From the NCBI RefSeq assembly GCF_049243625.1, contig NZ_CP046975.1: a DNA stretch of 32,000 bases, one strand, 5' to 3'. Below, one piece after another: positions 27,818 through 32,000 of this stretch; position 1 is the stretch's first letter, and each line of letters opens with the position of its first letter. Under the pieces are notes generated by a model. The model did not search any database. It was not told the origin of the DNA and saw only the letters and a list, made by a program, of their open reading frames with translations. Source of the DNA: Corynebacterium amycolatum (GTDB taxonomy: Bacteria > Actinomycetota > Actinomycetes > Mycobacteriales > Mycobacteriaceae). The position numbers were made by a program, and so were the translations under genes.

Positions 27818-27858
27818 GGGGTGAGGTGGGGGGGAGGACCAACCAGCTCGAGTGGGGG
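27818..27858 (+). promoter_or_regulatory. Cluster of G-tracts (aGGGGt, tGGGGGGGa, tGGGGGc) in the hisG-aspA intergenic region
   Basis: Three G4-G7 runs fall within 41 bp. Two fit the remembered RamA motif (A/C/T)G4-6(T/C). Function is unverified. Confidence 0.25.
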
Positions 27859-28038
27859 CACCATCTCGCGCCGGGAGCTGACCACTGCATTTTCACATCC
27901 ACCTACCTCGACGTAGGTAGTAGGCTTAGCACTAAGCGTGCGCACGGCGTTAGCCGTACTGACATAGTCCCCTTATGCCGGAAAAGCGGCAGCTGCGCCA
28001 GCGCTGTAGTTTTGACGGTGTAACCAAGCAGCACCACC

Positions 28039-28066
28039 AATTGTGGTTCACACGAATTGTGGTTCA
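28039..28066 (+). promoter_or_regulatory. Perfect 12-bp direct repeat AATTGTGGTTCA x2 (16-bp register) upstream of aspA
   Basis: Copies at 28039..28050 and 28055..28066, 35-62 bp upstream of the aspA ATG. This looks like a candidate tandem transcription-factor site. Confidence 0.4.
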
Positions 28067-28100
28067 TAAGACTGCGCCTACGAGAAGGGATTATGTCCAT

Positions 28101-29549
28101 ATGTCCGCAACGCGTACCGAGGTCGACTTGCTTGGATCGATGGAGGTTCCAGTAGAGGCTTACTACGGCATCCACACCCTGCGCGCAATCGACAACTACC
28201 AAATCTCAGGCAAGACCATCAACGATGTGCCCGAATTCATTCGTGGCATGGTGATGGTGAAGAAGGCCACGGCCATTGCCAACCAGCGCGTCCACACGCT
28301 GCCCAGCGATGTTGCAGACATCATCGTCGCCGCATGTGATGAAATCCTGGAAAAGGGACGCTGCATGGATCAGTTTCCAATCGATGTCTTCCAGGGTGGA
28401 GCTGGCACCAGTCTCAACATGAACACCAACGAGGTCATCGCTAACCTCGCGCTGGAACTGCTCGGTCTGGAAAAGGGCCGATACGACGTCATTCACCCCA
28501 ACGATGATGTCAACCAGTGCCAGTCAACCAACGACGCCTACCCAACGGGTTTCCGTCTTGCTATCCACATGTCGCTGCTGAGCCTGCAGAAGCACTTCGA
28601 TTCCCTGGTTGAGGCCCTACATGCTAAGGGTGATGAATTCAACGACATCATCACAATGGGCCGCACGCAGCTGCAGGACGCCGTTCCCATGACCCTGGGA
28701 CAGGTTTTCCACGCATTTGCCCACAACCTTGAGGAAGAACAGGAGTCCATCGCAACTGCGTCGGCACGCCTGCTGCAAATCAACCTGGGAGCAACCGCTA
28801 TCGGTACCGGTGTGAATGCGCCGGCGGGTTACCGCGAGGCCGTGACCCAAGCGCTGCGTGAGGTCAGTGGTTTTAAGGTGACCTCTGCGAAGGACCTAAT
28901 TGAAGCCACCAGCGATACCGGCGCCTACGTCAGCGTGCATGCATGCCTGAAGCGCGCAGCCATGAAGATTTCCAAGATGTGCAACGACTTGCGCCTGCTG
29001 GCATCGGGTCCACGAGCCGGACTGAATGAAATCAACCTGCCGGAGCGCGCCGCTGGCTCCTCGATTATGCCGGCAAAGGTCAACCCGGTAATTCCGGAGG
29101 TCGCGAACCAGGCCTGCTTCAAGGTCTTCGGCAACGACGTGACTCTGACCTGGGCAGCCGAGGCCGGTCAGTTGCAGCTAAACGTGATGGAGCCTGTCAT
29201 CGGCGCATGTCTCTTCGAGTCGATTGAACTGCTGCGCAGCGCCACCGACACTCTGCGCGACAAGTGCATTACCGGCATCACCGCTAACCCGGAAGTGTGC
29301 CGCGGCTATGTGGAAAACTCCATCGGTATCGTGACCTACCTGAATCCGGTCATTGGCCATCACGAGGGCGATATGGTCGGCAAGGAAGCCACTCGCACCG
29401 GCCGCTCCGTCCGCGACATTGTCCTTGAACGTGGGCTGATGGACGAGAAGGAGCTCAACCACGTCCTGAGCACCGAGAACCTCATGCACCCGGAATATCG
29501 GGGTAAGCGCTACGTGGCGGGGGAGTCTCGCCTCGACGATTTGTCCTAA
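28101..29549 (+). CDS. aspA: Aspartate ammonia-lyase
   Basis: [37 protein letters not shown] aligns with the E. coli AspA N-terminus. The signature [11 protein letters not shown] is present. GAAGGG SD lies 11 nt upstream. The in-frame extension to 27975 is probably not translated. Confidence 0.93.
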   Translation: MSATRTEVDLLGSMEVPVEAYYGIHTLRAIDNYQISGKTINDVPEFIRGMVMVKKATAIANQRVHTLPSDVADIIVAACDEILEKGRCMDQFPIDVFQGGAGTSLNMNTNEVIANLALELLGLEKGRYDVIHPNDDVNQCQSTNDAYPTGFRLAIHMSLLSLQKHFDSLVEALHAKGDEFNDIITMGRTQLQDAVPMTLGQVFHAFAHNLEEEQESIATASARLLQINLGATAIGTGVNAPAGYREAVTQALREVSGFKVTSAKDLIEATSDTGAYVSVHACLKRAAMKISKMCNDLRLLASGPRAGLNEINLPERAAGSSIMPAKVNPVIPEVANQACFKVFGNDVTLTWAAEAGQLQLNVMEPVIGACLFESIELLRSATDTLRDKCITGITANPEVCRGYVENSIGIVTYLNPVIGHHEGDMVGKEATRTGRSVRDIVLERGLMDEKELNHVLSTENLMHPEYRGKRYVAGESRLDDLS

Positions 29550-29588
29550 GCGGCAACAAGCCTAACGAGTGACTTTTCGCAGATACAC

Positions 29589-30902
29589 ATGTTAGTTGCC
29601 GTCCAAATCTTTATCGTTCTAGCAGCGATCCTCCTTGGAGCGCGTCTAGGTTCAATTGCTATCGGATTCGCCGGTGGGCTGGGCGTTTTGGCGCTCGGCA
29701 TCACCGGGGTGCCAGTTACCAAAGATGACATCCCCTTCGATGTCATCGGCATCATTATGTCGGTAATAGCGGCAATTGCCGCTATGCAGAGGGCCGGAGG
29801 CATGGACTATCTCGTCCACATTGCCGAACGGTTGTTGCGCAAAAACCCGCGACACATCACCTACTGGGCCCCGGTTGTCACCTACCTGATGACCCTGCTC
29901 GCCGGCACCGGCCACACCGCATTTTCCACCCTCCCAGTTATCGCCGAAGTATCCAAGGAAGGAGGCGTTCGCCCGTCCCGCCCGCTGTCCGTGGCGGTCA
30001 TCGCATCTCAGTTGGCGATTACGGCATCACCCATTTCAGCGGCTGTAGTGCTCATGGCTTCGCTCATGGAACCCCGCGGCGTTGGTTATCTCACACTCCT
30101 GGCGATTCTCATTCCTTCGACGTTCCTCGCCATCCTTCCTGCCGCCTTTGTCACGAATCACCTAGGCAAAGAGCTTGACGACGATACGGAGTATCAAAGC
30201 CGCTTGGAAAAGGGGTTGGTCTCTAAGCCACGTGGCCAGATAAGCGAATACATACCAACCAAGTCGGCCAAGTGGTCCGTGGCAATTTTCCTTCTCTCGA
30301 TTCTCGCAGTGATGGTCTACGCGACCATCAGCACTGAGCAGGTCGGTCTCATCACTGATCCCACACTTCCACGAAACGAAGCGATCATGTCAATAATGTT
30401 GACCGCCGCTACCGTTATCGTGCTTGCCTGCAAGTTGGACGCGGCAACGATTTTGAACACCCCAGTGTTTAAATCGGGCATGTCCGCCAGCGTCTGCGTT
30501 CTCGGTGTGGCGTGGCTGGGAACCACAATTATCAACCACTACATCGACGACATTAAGACCGCGTCCAGCAGCCTACTGACCACGATGCCGTGGATGCTGG
30601 CAATCGTGCTCTTCTTCGCGGCCGCTTTGCTCTACTCGCAGGCGGCCACTGCAAAGGCCATCATGCCCGCTGCGCTCGCGGTGGGAGTTTCTCCCATCAC
30701 TGCCGTTGCTTCCTTCGCAGCGACTTCCGCGCTATTCGTGCTGCCTACTTACCCGACGCTCCTTGCCGCGGTGGAGATGGACGACACCGGCACCACCCGA
30801 ATTGGCAAATACGTGTTTAACCACTCGTTTATCATCCCGGGCACTTTATGTATTGCCCTGGCTGCCGCGTTTGGTTTCGCTTTCGGCAGCGTGCTGTTGT
30901 AG
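29589..30902 (+). CDS. dcuA: Anaerobic C4-dicarboxylate transporter, DcuA/DcuB family
   Basis: MLVAVQIFIVLAAILLGARLGSIAIGFAGGLGVL...PFDVIGIIMSVIAAIAAMQRAGGMDYLV closely parallels remembered E. coli DcuA. The aspA-dcuA pairing is the same as in E. coli. Confidence 0.9.
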   Translation: MLVAVQIFIVLAAILLGARLGSIAIGFAGGLGVLALGITGVPVTKDDIPFDVIGIIMSVIAAIAAMQRAGGMDYLVHIAERLLRKNPRHITYWAPVVTYLMTLLAGTGHTAFSTLPVIAEVSKEGGVRPSRPLSVAVIASQLAITASPISAAVVLMASLMEPRGVGYLTLLAILIPSTFLAILPAAFVTNHLGKELDDDTEYQSRLEKGLVSKPRGQISEYIPTKSAKWSVAIFLLSILAVMVYATISTEQVGLITDPTLPRNEAIMSIMLTAATVIVLACKLDAATILNTPVFKSGMSASVCVLGVAWLGTTIINHYIDDIKTASSSLLTTMPWMLAIVLFFAAALLYSQAATAKAIMPAALAVGVSPITAVASFAATSALFVLPTYPTLLAAVEMDDTGTTRIGKYVFNHSFIIPGTLCIALAAAFGFAFGSVLL

Positions 30903-30933
30903 CGGGGGTCTACCTAAAACACCGCATAGAGAA

Positions 30934-30998
30934 ACTGACTAGGTTTATGACAAAAACTGAACAGTTAATTCCATTCACCCGTTATAAACCTAGTCAGT
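30934..30998. terminator. AT-rich long hairpin (18-bp stem incl. one G-U, 29-nt loop), likely bidirectional terminator
   Basis: actgactaggtttatgac / gttataaacctagtcagt, of which 15 bp are perfect. The loop has an inner aactg/cagtt hairpin. CTTTT follows on the plus strand and TTT on the minus strand. Confidence 0.55.
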
Positions 30999-31080
30999 AA
31001 CTTTTACTGGCGTCGTTCCCGCCGACGGCGGCACCCCGCGAAAGCTAACATTCCTCGAGAGCCACCGCCATCCGCAACTT

Positions 31081-31968
31081 TTACTCAGCGCCACCGTCAC
31101 CGACGGCGCCTGGCCAGCCGGGGTACTCCGGCGTGACGCCGCCGTAGGCAGGGCACATCTCCTGGAAAGAACACCACCCGCAGAGTTTGGACTTCTTCGG
31201 CACAAAGTCACCGTTTTCACCGTCGCGCACGATCGCCGACCACAAGTCGGCAATCTCCGTTTGGAAAGCCTCTAATTCTGTCGCATTGGGGCTCAGCACC
31301 AGGTCATCGGCAACCTTCAGGTACATCAACCGCAGCTGTTCCGGGATATGACCGGTGAGTCGCCACCACACCAGCGCATAAAAACGCATCTGGAAAAGTG
31401 CTTCATCCTGGAAGCGAGGAGAAGGCTTCTTGCCCGTCTTGTAGTCGACGATGCGGACCTCACCAGTCGGGGCGATATCGACGCGGTCGATAAAACCACG
31501 AAGTGGCACCGACAACGGCACGGTCTGATCCGCATCCGGATCAATAACTAGCTGAACGAACTTTTCCATCTCGGCCGCATCAAACCCCATGGGATTTTCC
31601 ATCATGAAGTAGCCCTTGAGCAGGCCGCGGCATTCGACAAGGAAGTCGTAGTAATCATTCTCCGGAACTAGCTCAATCAGTTCCTCGTCCTTTGCACGCA
31701 TGTCCTCCCAGGTCGGCTTCAGGCGCTTCACCGCCGCTGGGTAAGTGCGTTCTTCACGGGGCCAGGCATGCATCTGTTCGAGCACAGCATGTACCAATGT
31801 GCCCTTGACCTGCGCGACGGTCGACGGCTCCGGAATCTTGTCAATCGCACGGAACCGGTACTTCAACGGGCACTGGCGGTAGTCATTAGCTCTCGACGGC
31901 GACAGCGCCAACTTAGAGCGGCGGGAGGGCTGAACTGCTGACTTAGAACTTTGGGCATTGTCGGGCAT
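31081..31968 (-). CDS. PD-(D/E)XK nuclease with Cas4/AddB-type Fe-S cysteine cluster (RecB-family exonuclease, Mtb Rv2119-like)
   Basis: The N-terminal segment LSPSRANDYRQCPLKYRF, the nuclease motif IDRVD...RIVDYKTGK and the C-terminal CGWCSFQEMC together give the C...CxxCx5C arrangement. Confidence 0.85.
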   Translation of the reverse strand: MPDNAQSSKSAVQPSRRSKLALSPSRANDYRQCPLKYRFRAIDKIPEPSTVAQVKGTLVHAVLEQMHAWPREERTYPAAVKRLKPTWEDMRAKDEELIELVPENDYYDFLVECRGLLKGYFMMENPMGFDAAEMEKFVQLVIDPDADQTVPLSVPLRGFIDRVDIAPTGEVRIVDYKTGKKPSPRFQDEALFQMRFYALVWWRLTGHIPEQLRLMYLKVADDLVLSPNATELEAFQTEIADLWSAIVRDGENGDFVPKKSKLCGWCSFQEMCPAYGGVTPEYPGWPGAVGDGGAE

Positions 31969-32000
31969 ACTAGCCAGGTTAGAGTACTGCCCGGATTTGG

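Noticed and set aside
27798-27900. C-rich loops on the minus strand suggested a 6C-type sRNA. The G-runs on the plus strand suggested a canonical G-quadruplex.
   Set aside because: I could not fold the two stable stem-loops with C-rich apical loops plus a terminator expected for 6C RNA. A fourth G-run lies 19 nt away, so the classic G3+N1-7 pattern is not met. I kept only the G-tract observation as a low-confidence regulatory finding.
27975-28100. In-frame N-terminal extensions in the ORF track: aspA from 27975, PEBP from 14148, uppP from 18357, thioesterase-like gene to 25977 and orphan gene to 1974.
   Set aside because: The extensions have no similarity to remembered homolog N-termini and run through promoter or intergenic sequence or neighbouring genes. 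Downstream starts have better SD or leaderless context. I treated them as longest-ORF artefacts.

Overview
GC-rich actinobacterial chromosome segment whose gene content and order look like Corynebacterium core genome. From memory it matches two M. tuberculosis blocks: Rv1485-Rv1496 (hemZ to the meaB-like gene) and Rv2119-Rv2140c (RecB-like nuclease, hisGE, metH, mshC, uppP, lppL-pyrD, PEBP). The blocks join at an ArsR-cls-tRNA-Leu segment. I call 28 CDSs and 1 tRNA: 5'-truncated hemH, two orphan proteins, NfeD-SPFH, an HTH protein, a TVP38/DedA membrane protein, mutA-mutB-meaB, an ArsR-type regulator, cls, tRNA-Leu(GAG), PEBP, lipoprotein-pyrD, an aldo/keto reductase, uppP, mshC, a small acidic orphan, metH, a thioesterase-like protein, HAD-hisE-hisG, aspA-dcuA and a Cas4-like Fe-S nuclease. 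I see no transposase, integrase, phage gene, CRISPR array, toxin-antitoxin pair or recognisable defence gene. I did not find convincing evidence for a novel multi-gene system; this looks like an ordinary housekeeping region. The best-supported non-coding signals are: (1) an exact TAGAC-N6-GTCTA (McbR-type) operator abutting the metH start; (2) a perfect 14-bp-stem hairpin between mutB and meaB; (3) a perfect 12-bp direct repeat plus G-tracts upstream of aspA; (4) an AT-rich 18-bp-stem hairpin between dcuA and the nuclease gene; (5) a 7-6-7 inverted repeat in the ArsR/cls divergent promoter. The main pockets of unknown biology are the conserved orphans between hemH and mutA (Rv1486c-like protein, DUF3097-like protein, NfeD-SPFH, TVP38 plus HTH protein) and the lipoprotein translationally abutted to pyrD. 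All family assignments come from motif recognition by eye, not from searches.
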